A stretch of DNA of 59,119 bases, counting the filler, from Sphacelaria rigidula (lineage: Eukaryota): assembly GCA_964200075.2 (NCBI GenBank). It is 8 parts of 8 records of this genome, joined end to end, with 100 filler letters (N's around TTAATTAATTAA, not from the genome) between each part and the next. Parts side by side here need not be neighbours in the genome. Positions count along the whole stretch, not along the records: positions 44,417 to 51,718 come from CAXNAA020015541.1; positions 51,819 to 59,119 come from CAXNAA020015542.1; 6 more parts are not named here. One strand, given 5' to 3'. The translations under genes were made by a program, and so were the position numbers. This document shows, one piece after another, positions 49,168-59,119 of this stretch (positions are counted from its first letter, which is position 1; the number at the start of each line of letters is the position of its first letter). The notes below the pieces were generated by a model. That model searched no databases, had not been told where the DNA came from, and saw nothing but the letters and a program-made list of their open reading frames with translations.

Positions 49168-49972
49168 CTGTTTTTTGTTCATTTTCGTAATTTCTGTCGT
49201 GTGATTGTTCAATTCTTCTTCTTCTTCTTTTCTCATGAAGATTTTGAAATTATCGCATCACGTTTCGTTTTTTGCTGCAATAACGGGGAGTTGTCCATAA
49301 GATCGTCTTGTTGTACTATGAATGCCTTTAGGATGGGACAAATAGCATCACATTCGGTTCTTTGGAGTATGATGGGGAGGGGGAGGTACTCATGGCAACG
49401 CATGCCATAGTCGTAAGATCATTGACCTCGCATCCCTACAAAGCCGGGACGGAGCACGCCGGGTTCCGCCGGACCAGGCTCGCACCTAATCACCAAGCGC
49501 GAAGCGCTGTGGTGTGTTCGGCGAGTCGCATGAAGGGTGAGCTTGTTCGGTCCGAAGCGTACTGATTATCTTGCATTTGGATGACAGCCATCAGTGAGTT
49601 GCTTCATTTTCTGGTACGGCCACCACCAGAGGCAGCCACAGCTCATACAATACCTCATGGGTGTCTCACCAATTGAACACGACATAAGGCGATCATCCCC
49701 ATTGTGCGGAGTTGAGGTTCTCCCACTTCGCACAACATGATATAGCTCAACTACAATCATGGTGACCGCAAAAAAACGCAAGCGCGCGAGAACAAATCGG
49801 CAACTTGGTTACCTAGCTTACGCAGTGAATGGCGTGTTTTATAGCATCATCGCCAACCGACGCTAACCCCATCGGGAGTCCGCCCCTACAAAGCCAGGAC
49901 GGAGCACACCAGTTTCTCGCCGAATCAGGCTGAATATGAATACGATGGGGTGGGGGGGACATTGTATCCTCC

Positions 49973-50019
<47 letters not shown>

Positions 50020-50395
50020 TGTGTGTGTGTGTGCATTTTTCAAGCATTAGTGTATCGTCCGCTCCCGAACTAGTACGATGCGATTTCATTCAGATTGTTA
50101 ATGCGTGATATCTGCCAGTACTTGTGTACATTAAGAACGGTCTACTGCGGGATCAAAGTGTTGAAGCTGGGATGGATGTGTGCATGTGTTGACGTGTGCG
50201 TGTCGTTTTGTTCGACAAGCAATTTTTAGTCTTCCGTGCGATACATTCTGAACAACAGAGCTGATGATTTATTGCAAGGGTTCAGGCGTCAAGATGCTCC
50301 GACGGCAACAGTAGTTACTCCATCTGTTGTGGCCATCATCCTCATGATCATCATCAAACATGGGATCTTACAAATTGGGAATGGATTTGTTTTTC

Positions 50396-50761
50396 GGGAT
50401 GAGAAACCCGGAGAATGAAAATCTTCGTATCCACACCAAATCTTCGAAACATGATTCCATTTCTTCACCTACTGATAGCTTTTGACAACTACTATACGTG
50501 GTACAAACTTGGATCTCAATAGCCGAAATGTTGGGGTTCTAGGTGAAAAACCAATTTCGGGGAATTTTCGGTGTCCGAACGAACGCCAAAATGGTTCCGA
50601 AATTGGTTCTTCACCTAGGACCGCAACACTTCGGTGATCGAAATCCAAATTGCTATGGCGTGTAGTAGTTATCGATAGCTATCAGCAGGTGAAGAAATGG
50701 AACAATATTTCGAAGATTTGGTGTGGATACGAATATTTTAATTCTCCGGGTTTCTCATCCC
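50396..50761. mobile_element. Fold-back (palindromic) MITE; the end of another copy lies at 29613-29646
   Basis: ~165-bp inverted arms GGGATGAGAAACCCGGAGAAT...CGTATCCACACCAAATCTTCGAAA and their reverse complement. Confidence 0.85.
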
Positions 50762-50839
50762 CAATAAAATACCCATACGTCGGACGAGCACGAGTGTGAC
50801 TCGTGGCACTCGCACTCGTTGGGCTGCTCCTCGGCCGTA

Positions 50840-51105
50840 AAAATTAGTAGGGCGAGCACTCGAGTCATTGCTCGTTGTGGAAATAATTAATAGGGCGAGC
50901 ACTCGAGTCATTGCTCGTTGTGGAAATAATTAACAGGGCAAGCACTCGAGTCATTGCTCGTTGTGGAAAAAATTAATGGGGCGATCACTCGAGTCATTGC
51001 TCGTTGTAGAAAAAATTAATAGGGCGAGCACTCGAGTCATTGCTCGTTGTGGAAAACGTCAATAGGGCGAGCACTCGAGTCATTGCTCGTTGTTGAAAAA
51101 ATTAA
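50840..51105 (+). repeat. 43-bp minisatellite, 6 units (AATTAATAGGGCGAGCACTCGAGTCATTGCTCGTTGTGGAAA(A/T))
   Basis: Units start at 50848, 50891, 50934, 50977, 51020 and 51063 with an exact period of 43 and no spacers. Confidence 0.92.
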
Positions 51106-51718
51106 CCCCTTTGAGACCGGGCCTCCAGAATGACCAGTGAGGCTGGTTAGGAATGACGTGTCTGGCGTCTGCATGAAACAGTAACATGTTGCTGAAAATC
51201 CGCGTATGTAACCGCAAGGTTATGATAAATACCGAAAATCTCCTTCAATCTTTTTTCGCAGGGTGCGCATTCGGTTGTGTATATCTGGTGTAGCAAGCAG
51301 TATGTGTCGCCGTAGAATAGAGAGCTTTCAACGGGATGCGGCGACCGACGGGCCGCCCGCCGCTTGTGGCTTTGGATGATGTTATTATCCCCATCACCTT
51401 TCCACACAGCCCGTTGTGGTCGGGGTGGGCCATCATTTCCCTCCTTGTTGCAAGCGGCAAATTCTGTTGGAAAGATATGGGCGTTGCGGTGCACGTACAT
51501 ACAACAGTACAAAACAGTGCAGTGCGCCTCTCCGAATACAGCAGCAGCTCCCGCTGCATACTCCCTTGCACGTTCTGGGCAGTTCTCAGCGACGGACATC
51601 AGCTGCATGTACACAGCTGGTTCATCCCCGTCCACTACATACATGTTCACAGTGTGCTGCAAGTCATCGGCAGAAGGATGAGCAGGATTCATGACGGTAG
51701 CTCATTTTGTCTTTCAAC
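51106..51718. mobile_element. piggyBac-derived element, second copy, truncated by the contig end
   Basis: TTAA-CCCCTTTGAGACCGGGCC start. Colinear with 28003-28640. Confidence 0.8.
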
Positions 51719-51818
51719 NNNNNNNNNNNNNNNNNNNNNNNNNNNNNNNNNNNNNNNNNNNNTTAATTAATTAANNNNNNNNNNNNNNNNNNNNNNNNNN
51801 NNNNNNNNNNNNNNNNNN

Positions 51819-53556
51819 CTACATTGACCATCCCCATCCCGGCGTGATCAGCACAGAACTCCGCCTTACGACTGCCCACTGAACCGTACGACGGGATTTT
51901 GGAGCAACCCTCGTTGCCGCACTTCTTGCTCACTACGTTGACCATCCCCACTGTCGCGCGGTCGGCACAGAACTTCGCCCTCCGACTTCCCGCTACACCG
52001 TACGATAGTCGATTGGAGGGGCCCTTGTTGCTGTACTTGTCCCTCGCTACATTCACCATCCCTGCTTTGGCGTGATCGGCACAAAATGCTGCTTTTCGAC
52101 TGCCCGCTACACCGTACGATGGTTGTTTGGAGCAGCCTTCGTCGCTGCACTTCTTGCTCGTTACATTAACCATCCCTGCCCTGGCGTGGTCGGCACAGAA
52201 CTCTGCCTTCCGGCTTCCCGCTGCACCGTACGACGGGATTTTGGAGCACCTCTCGGCACCGCACTTCTTGCTTACCACGTTGATCATCTCCGAACTGGCG
52301 TGATCGGCACAGAACTCCGCCTTCCGACTTCCCGCTGCACCGTACGACGGGATTTTGGAGCAACCCTCGGCGCCGCACTTCTTGCTCGCTACATTGACCA
52401 TCCCCGGCCCTACGTGATCACCACAGAACTCCGCCAACCGGCTTCCCGCTACACCGTAAGATGCTCGTTTGGAGCAGCCCTCGTTGCCACACTTCCTGCT
52501 CACTACATTGACCCTCCCTGCCCTGGCGTGATCAGCACAGAACTCCGCCTTCCGGCTTCCCGCTACACCACAAGATAGTATCTTCGGACAGCCCTCGTTG
52601 CCGCACTTCTTGCTCACTACATTGACCATCCCCATTGTCGCGGGGTCGGCACCGAATGCCGCCTTTCTACTTCTCGCTACACCGTACGATAGTCGATTGG
52701 AGGGGCCCTTGTTGCCAGACTTCTTCCTCGCTACATTCACCATCCCTGCCTTGGCGTGATCGGCACAAAATGCTGCTTTTCGACTGCCTGCTACACCGTA
52801 CGATGGTTGTTTGGAGCAGCCTTCGTCGCTGCACCTCTTGCTCGTTACATTAACCATCCCTGCTCTGGCGTGGTCGGCACAGAACTCTGCCTTCCGGCTT
52901 CCCGCTGCACCGTACGACGGGATTTTGGAGCACATCTCGGCGCCGCACTTCTTGCTCACCACGTTGATCATCTCCGAACTAGCGTGATCGGCACAGAACT
53001 CGGCCTTCCGACTTCCCGCTGCACCGTATGACGGGGTTTTGGAGCAGTTCTCGGCGCCGCACTTCTTGCTCGCTACATTGACCATCCCCATCCCGGCGTG
53101 ATCGGCACAGAACTCTGCCAACCGGCTTCCCGCCACACCGTACGATGGTTTCTTGGAGCAGCCTGCGTTGCTGCACTTCTTGTTCTTCGCATCGACCATT
53201 TCCACCCTGGCGTGATCGGCACAGAACTCCGCCTTCCGACTTCCCGCTACACCGTACAACGAGGTTGTGGAGCAGCCCTTGTTGCCGCAATTCTTGCCCA
53301 CCTCATCCATTATCCCTGCCCTGGCGTAATCAGCACAGAACTCCGCCTTGCGACTCCCCGCTATCGAAATTGTGGAGCAGCCCTCGTTGCCGCACCTGTT
53401 GCGCGCCGGACTGGCCATCCCCACCCTCGCGTGGTCGGCACAGAATTCTGCCTTCGAGCCTCCCGCTACATCGCACGATGATTGTGGATAGCAACCCTTG
53501 TTGCCGCACTCCTTCCTTACTTCATTGACCATCCTGACCCCGTTCCCCGGCGCCAT
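51819..53556 (-). CDS. EsV-1-7 domain (Cys/His-rich, putative zinc-binding) tandem-repeat protein, intronless, 3'-truncated by the contig end
   Basis: 15 repeats of 38 aa (114 bp), consensus KKCGNEGCSKxPSYGVAGSRKAEFCADHARAGMVNVxS (C-x4-C-x16-C-x2-H). This is the EsV-1-7 signature known from brown algae and phaeoviruses. The frame is open for 579 codons. Confidence 0.9.
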
Positions 53557-56500
53557 CCGCGACGTTGACGCCCATTATGCCATCTGGTCATCATTCGAAG
53601 CAGCCCTCCTGAGCGCACCACCAAGCTCGCATCGCTGCTACGTGGGCAAAACGTCAGGTTCTTCTGGCAGTTCCACTGATAAATGACCGAACAAAAGGGG
53701 CAAGCTGTCCCCCCTGACGCTGCCTGAGAGTATAAAACAGATTCAACGACCAGGTCAAAGATCGTCAAGTGTTTGTCAAAAGCGGCATACGGTACTTTGA
53801 AGGAAATGGTAAGTACGGGGTTGTTCATATCCTGCGTGGGCCTCCACTGTATGACAAGATCGGGTAGATCTTTGCTCTGCCGAACGTTCTATTTCCAAAC
53901 GTAGTGCTGCTGATTCCTCTGGTGGAGAGCTTTGCAGAACCCTACATATTCCCTACACTGGATCCGTCACTGGATCGCGCAGCCCATGCAAGAAAGCAAC
54001 GCAAACATATGCCATACACTACAGCCGAAAACCAGCATTATGAGCTGGTATCAATCGAAAAAAACACTACCCAATTTACATTTATTGTTGAAAGTCGGAA
54101 GATCTCGAGCCTTCAAAACATATCGTAGCCCACCCTTTGCTGTTGTCAGTTGTGACATGCAGAAAGCTTGACAACCTTCAAATATACCTTAATCACGAAT
54201 ATCTCTTCCTGAGGAAACTTCTTTCACTCAACTTCAGCCATTTGCGCGTATGAAGTGACATGATGATTGAGAGGATGTTAACGCCCTCGTCGAAATTACC
54301 ATCCTCAATGTTTCTGCATCAATACGTGCTGCCGCTGTAGTTGTGCGTATTGACACAACCGGCCGAGGACTCCAGGCCTCAAAAGGCACGCAGGTTTCTC
54401 GGCGACGGTTGGTCACAAACCTTCAGTTTCGGTGACACCAACTGATATTACATGCAACAAACGAGTACGGAAAGTTATCGAACAAGCACGTGAAACTACA
54501 CTACAAAAAATAGGGAGTGCACAACCAAAGTTGATTTCTCCACGAAGGAGCCGAGAATCCTTTCAAACATGTACGGAATCCTACGTGATTTTCAGTCATT
54601 TTTCACCCATCTTCCAAGCGGTAGCTCAGAAGGACGATATACTGACGAGAAGGCAATTGAAACGACTGGGTTTGAGAACAAGAGCAACGAACACTGGCAT
54701 TTTTGCTTCTTCGTGCGAGAAGCGAAAACCAGTGCCTTACTAAATGCTGGACCTACCCAGCACACTTAAATTCGACCTAGCCAGGAGACATGAGGTGATG
54801 AGGTACACTCTTCACTGGGAAATGTAGGATAACTAAAGTAGCCAGCTAACTCGTTGAAGGAGTAGTACGTATCGGTGTCTACCGACCATGGGCTGTCCAT
54901 CCCTCAAGGAAGTCGCGAATTCCAGCTGTGGCTTGAGCGGTGAAGCTCATACTTGAAAACACTGGTTTCGCGGTGGTTAAAGTTCATAAGAAAGCTCAGG
55001 TCCCGCCTCAACGCCGGCACATGACAATCCCAACGATTCCGGTAGACAGCTCATTTAGGGTGCATGGCCATGTCATCTATACTCAACGATTACACGATCC
55101 TCGACGAAGCCACGATGGACTGCGCCATTTACTTGAAGGTCCTCCAAAGTATGCCTCGAGGGTTGATGCCGAGTTTACGAGTGAGAATGACTTCACATGT
55201 GCAAGGAGATACACCATATGCACCGCCCCGCGTGTGCGTCACGACAAATCACACAACCTGTGCGATTGGCAAATTCCGCTGTGTGTGGCCATGATGAACG
55301 TGAACCGTTTGGTACGGACTGGAATCGAGGTGCTAGAACAAAAAAGCACGAGTCGGGAACACACTATAATAAAAGTGAGTTTTGCATCAGCGCATTAGGC
55401 ACAGTAGCCTTCAAAAAATGGTGCTTTCGGCTGACGAGAAGATCACGACATGATAGCACCTTCAAATCATACCATCTCAATGCACAAGACATATGAAAAT
55501 TACTTTAGGAGCAAATTACACCCAGCCACCAACACGAGACCGTGGGTGATGGTCCGGAAGCATATACTTCAGCAGGTCGACAGGCATGAATCCTTGTGAC
55601 CTCGACGCTTTGTTCATGGTCACTTTGTACATGTCGTGGCATTTGTTGATTTATTCCTGGTGCCGTATACGGGTTCTCCGTGTTAGTAGTTGATTGTCGC
55701 ACACTGAGTGACCCCCGAGTAATACAGGCGTCGTCACACGATAGGTGACCGAAGGTGGACAAAACGTCATCACACGCTATTAAGGGTGGAGACTCGAGCA
55801 ACGCGAATGATTGAAACAAGTCTGATAAAAACGGGGCACACACAATCAGTTGAGGACATCAATGCTACAAACCTACAACCACCACATAGACAACTGCTGC
55901 TCTTACGCTTGTTTGACGTGACGGAAACTGACTACAATCCTGTCTGATTAGCTGCTCCCACGCCGATGGTATCGTGTTACATGTCTTCGTCAGCAATGAT
56001 ATCATCGCTGGCATGCAGTCAGTTCTTCTGACGCCATCACGCAAAAAAGCTTCTCCGCAGACAGCACTCTTGCACCCTATTACCCTCATCAAACCTTCAT
56101 ACATGCCCTGGGACGGAACAACAAGGTGAGAACCTGCACCCTAGAAGGGTAGGTGAGGTTGTTGATGCATGTCGATACTTTGCATCGTAAACAGCACCCA
56201 TCCGGGTCTTTACGTGTGCTCTAGTTTGGAGTATCGAGGCCGTAACGTACGTTGGGTTCGTGTCGGCATGTGTTGGGCACGAGGTTGCCCCCCGAGCATC
56301 ACGTTTCAGCGTGTACTTCCTCCGACGGCTGTGTATGTATCGACAGATCGATATATCGAGTCAAAAGACTACATGATGAAAATAGCGATGGGACAACCCG
56401 TGTCGAGCACAAAGAATCCAAAGGCGTATTACGTTTTCTATAGAAAGTGTACACCGCGGGCCGTTGATACAGAGTAGCAACAGTAAATACTGAGAACGTA

Positions 56501-57169
56501 CAGAGAAGCATAGGTCGGAGTTGTGTTGACAGGTTACACCCAACACACGACTTCAATTCCTCGTCGGCACATGTTGCACCTACGGACCCACCCGCATATT
56601 CCATTCCCAATATATATGCTGCACTCATTTACGCCCAACCTCTAAGGCACTCACTCACGCACAACGTGTTGCGCCAGAAATACATTGCCCACTTCCGGCG
56701 TGAAACAGCTTGCGTGATCAGTACATATTGCGTTTGTCCGGCATGTAATATTATACACACAAGATATGCCTTGGTGCACTTACCGAAGGAACATGCTGTG
56801 CGAATAACATACCTCCAAGTCATATGCGGTCGGCTATATGTCACGACCAACACATAGTACATGCCCAAATCAGCCCACACATTGTTCGCTATACAGACTC
56901 GCCTTTGCGTCAGGTAATCGTTCAGTCAGCACATATTGTATAGTTTACCGCATGTCCTCGATATACTGTAGGGACAATATACATATAAAAGGGATTCGGC
57001 TGTTTTCGCCGAAACGCACAATGGGGCGACAGCCAAGATACATGGGCACCGGTGACGCGTCATAGCACCTGGTATAGTTGGGCAAAAAAGCTGTAGCCAC
57101 GCATTAGCTGAACACGAGGTATTTGACATTGCACGAATCGGTTTACACTCAACGATAAATGATGGTTCG

Positions 57170-58200
57170 TGTGAGACACGCGCACAACATACACACGCAG
57201 AGTGTCAGCACCCGTTGAGGCATGCCAATTCAAATTCGAAATTTAGTGAACGTTGCATCCGGCCCGTCATGATGAGCAAAACTCGAACGTGCCACAAAAG
57301 TAATAGCACCAGTTGCAGCAGTGCAGAGACAGAGAGAAGGGAAGTACAGATGAGACGATGGGACACGTGTGCAAGATCGAAACACGCGCCAGGTGTGCAA
57401 GCTGTGTTCAATGGAGGGCGGCGCCGCGATGTATGCCATGTCTTCTGATTGTCAAGTGAACATGGCGCCGATTTAATTTTCACGCAAAACCGATGCCGGT
57501 TCCATAAACGACTCATTTTCGCTTCGTTTGACAGCCCGAAGTGAAACGTAGATTTCCCGTTCACAGCGGTGCATGCACAGGCTTGACACAACCCAACACG
57601 ATGTGAGGTAAACCGGAAGAACTGACTGACCCCGCCAACTAAAACAACACAGCTGAAGCCGTAGCTCCTCATCAGCTGAGCACGTGGTGCGTAACCTTGC
57701 ACTACTCTGCTCAGAATTTAGTCAGGAAATATGTTTTGTGTGAGACGACCGCACGAGACACGCACACGAAGGGTCAGCACCCGTCGAGATGATGAGGATC
57801 AAAATTCGAAAAAGAAGTGAAAAGCGCTGCAGCGGGTGAGCTATGATGAACAAAACTCGAATATGCCGTACAAGTAGTAGCACCAGCTTCAGCAGTGCAG
57901 AGAAGTAGACAGGGAAACAAAAGTACAGTCCGGACGTGAGTGCAAGATCGAAACATGTTCGAGGTGTGCAAGCCCTGCCCCGAGACGACGACTGTGTTCA
58001 TTAGAGAGCGGTGGTATTATCTCATGTCGTGTATTCTGGTCGGCAAATGAACATGATTTCGACTCAATTTTCAAGTAAAGCAGATGCCGATTCCGTAAAT
58101 GAAGAGTGGTCGAGATGGATGACGGTGCACCTGACAGTCGAAGAGTCCGCTGAGATGTGGACACAGGAAATTGAACGGAGCGCTTCGCAACATCATAACG
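57170..58200. repeat. Diverged tandem duplication, period ~570 bp
   Basis: GTGAGAC...GTCAGCACCCGT...AAATTCGAAA...AAAACTCGAA...AGCACCAG..CAGCAGTGCAGAG...GTGCAAGATCGAAACA...AGGTGTGCAAGC occurs at 57171 and again at 57740. Confidence 0.75.
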
Positions 58201-58737
58201 CCCGAACACCGTGTGTAACCAATGTACAGTACTCCAACCCTAAGCAGAAGCAGAAGCAGAACGCATCCTACGAGTTGGGCCAGCCTGGAAGCGGATCAGT
58301 AGTTTGCAGGTCCATTCTCCCATCGATTTCTAGAGGTGGTCCCTCAAATTTTGTATGGACAAAGAATAGGGCATGATTGGAAGAAAAATATCGACCCGGG
58401 TTGATTTCTTATTCTTCATGATTTACCGGCATTTTACTGAGACCTGATGAGTGCTTATGGCCTCTAACCTATGGAGAAAAAATGTTTGAGTCTACGAATA
58501 TTCTTTCCAATAATGCCGTGTTCATTGACCATACCAAATTCCAGAGGAAGCTTCTGAAAATTGATGGGAGAATGGAGCCATACTGCGAAAGGAGGGGGGG
58601 GGGGGGTTCGATTCCACGAAAAAACGTACTCATGGATGTGTAAAACGGTCTGAAACACGCGCGGTGCGCCTGTTTTGGGGTAGAAGCTATGTAAAGCGGT
58701 ATGAATTAGCGTTATATATCGGGGGCAAGCACATTCG

Positions 58738-58995
58738 CAGTGATGCTGCGATAGGGTCAGCACTTTTACGGCCTGAGATTATAATTGTTAGGAACCCTTC
58801 ATCTCACCCAGAACACGACTTTCAAAATAGGTGATAGTACGGCAGGGTTTTTCTTCCAATTTGCTAGGGATATCCCGAATGAATTTGCAAACGGGGGTAT
58901 CCTGACCCATATTCTTATGAAGCACCTAATTTTAGGAACCCCTGAATCAGACCGGTTTGGGCCAGAAAAATGCTGACCCTATCGCAGCATCACTC
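58738..58995. mobile_element. MITE nested within the poly-G/C MITE
   Basis: Perfect 24-bp TIR AGTGATGCTGCGATAGGGTCAGCA (58739-58762 and 58971-58994). TTCG is duplicated at the flanks. The empty site is visible in the copy at ~46555-46570. Confidence 0.8.
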
Positions 58996-59119
58996 TTCGA
59001 ACCACTCTTGGCTGCGTTCACCGGCGATTGAAGTGACTTTTCGTGGAAAACAATGGCGCAAAATACCCCCCCCCCCCCGCTACCGATGCTCCGTCTCGAA
59101 AGGGATGCGTGGTAAATGG

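Noticed and set aside
50840-51105. CRISPR array
   Set aside because: The units are contiguous 43-mers with no unique spacers, there are no cas genes, and the context is eukaryotic.
51147-51692. Intact piggyBac transposase ORF
   Set aside because: The frames differ between the two copies and no DDD catalytic motifs could be confidently identified. At most it is a decayed remnant.
51866-53528. Overlapping alternative-frame and antisense ORFs in the EsV-1-7 gene
   Set aside because: They are shadows of a GC-rich 114-bp coding repeat.
58440-58475. Hammerhead ribozyme (CTGATGAG core)
   Set aside because: There is no correctly placed GAAA or closing stems, and the homologous repeat at ~31540-31580 lacks the core.

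Overview
Repeat-rich eukaryotic nuclear DNA, most likely from a brown alga (Phaeophyceae, Ectocarpus/kelp-like). That call rests on the EsV-1-7 repeat protein, the intron-rich genes and the transposon families. The window is not one locus. It is eight unrelated contigs of 7303, 7303, 7303, 7303, 7302, 7302, 7302 and 7301 bp, joined by 100-bp N44-TTAATTAATTAA-N44 spacers and sorted by length, so adjacency across spacers carries no biological meaning. Host genes: part of a HugZ/HOZ-like split-barrel gene (exons at 10.0-12.4 kb, minus), four internal exons of ciliary CFAP61 (46.0-49.2 kb, minus), and an intronless EsV-1-7 Cys/His repeat gene (51.8-53.6 kb, minus; 15 x 38 aa with a 6-unit higher-order repeat). 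Mobile DNA: a LINE fragment; a DIRS/Ngaro-type tyrosine-recombinase retroelement with a plastid rpl3 fragment inserted in its RT; a tandem shared-LTR Copia lacking RT but carrying an extra 3' ORF; hAT-, piggyBac-, Ginger- and Harbinger-like non-autonomous elements, often nested; tRNA-headed SINE-like repeats; a 43-bp minisatellite; and microsatellites. No CRISPR array or intact rRNA/tRNA gene was found. All family assignments come from recognising motifs by eye, not from database searches.
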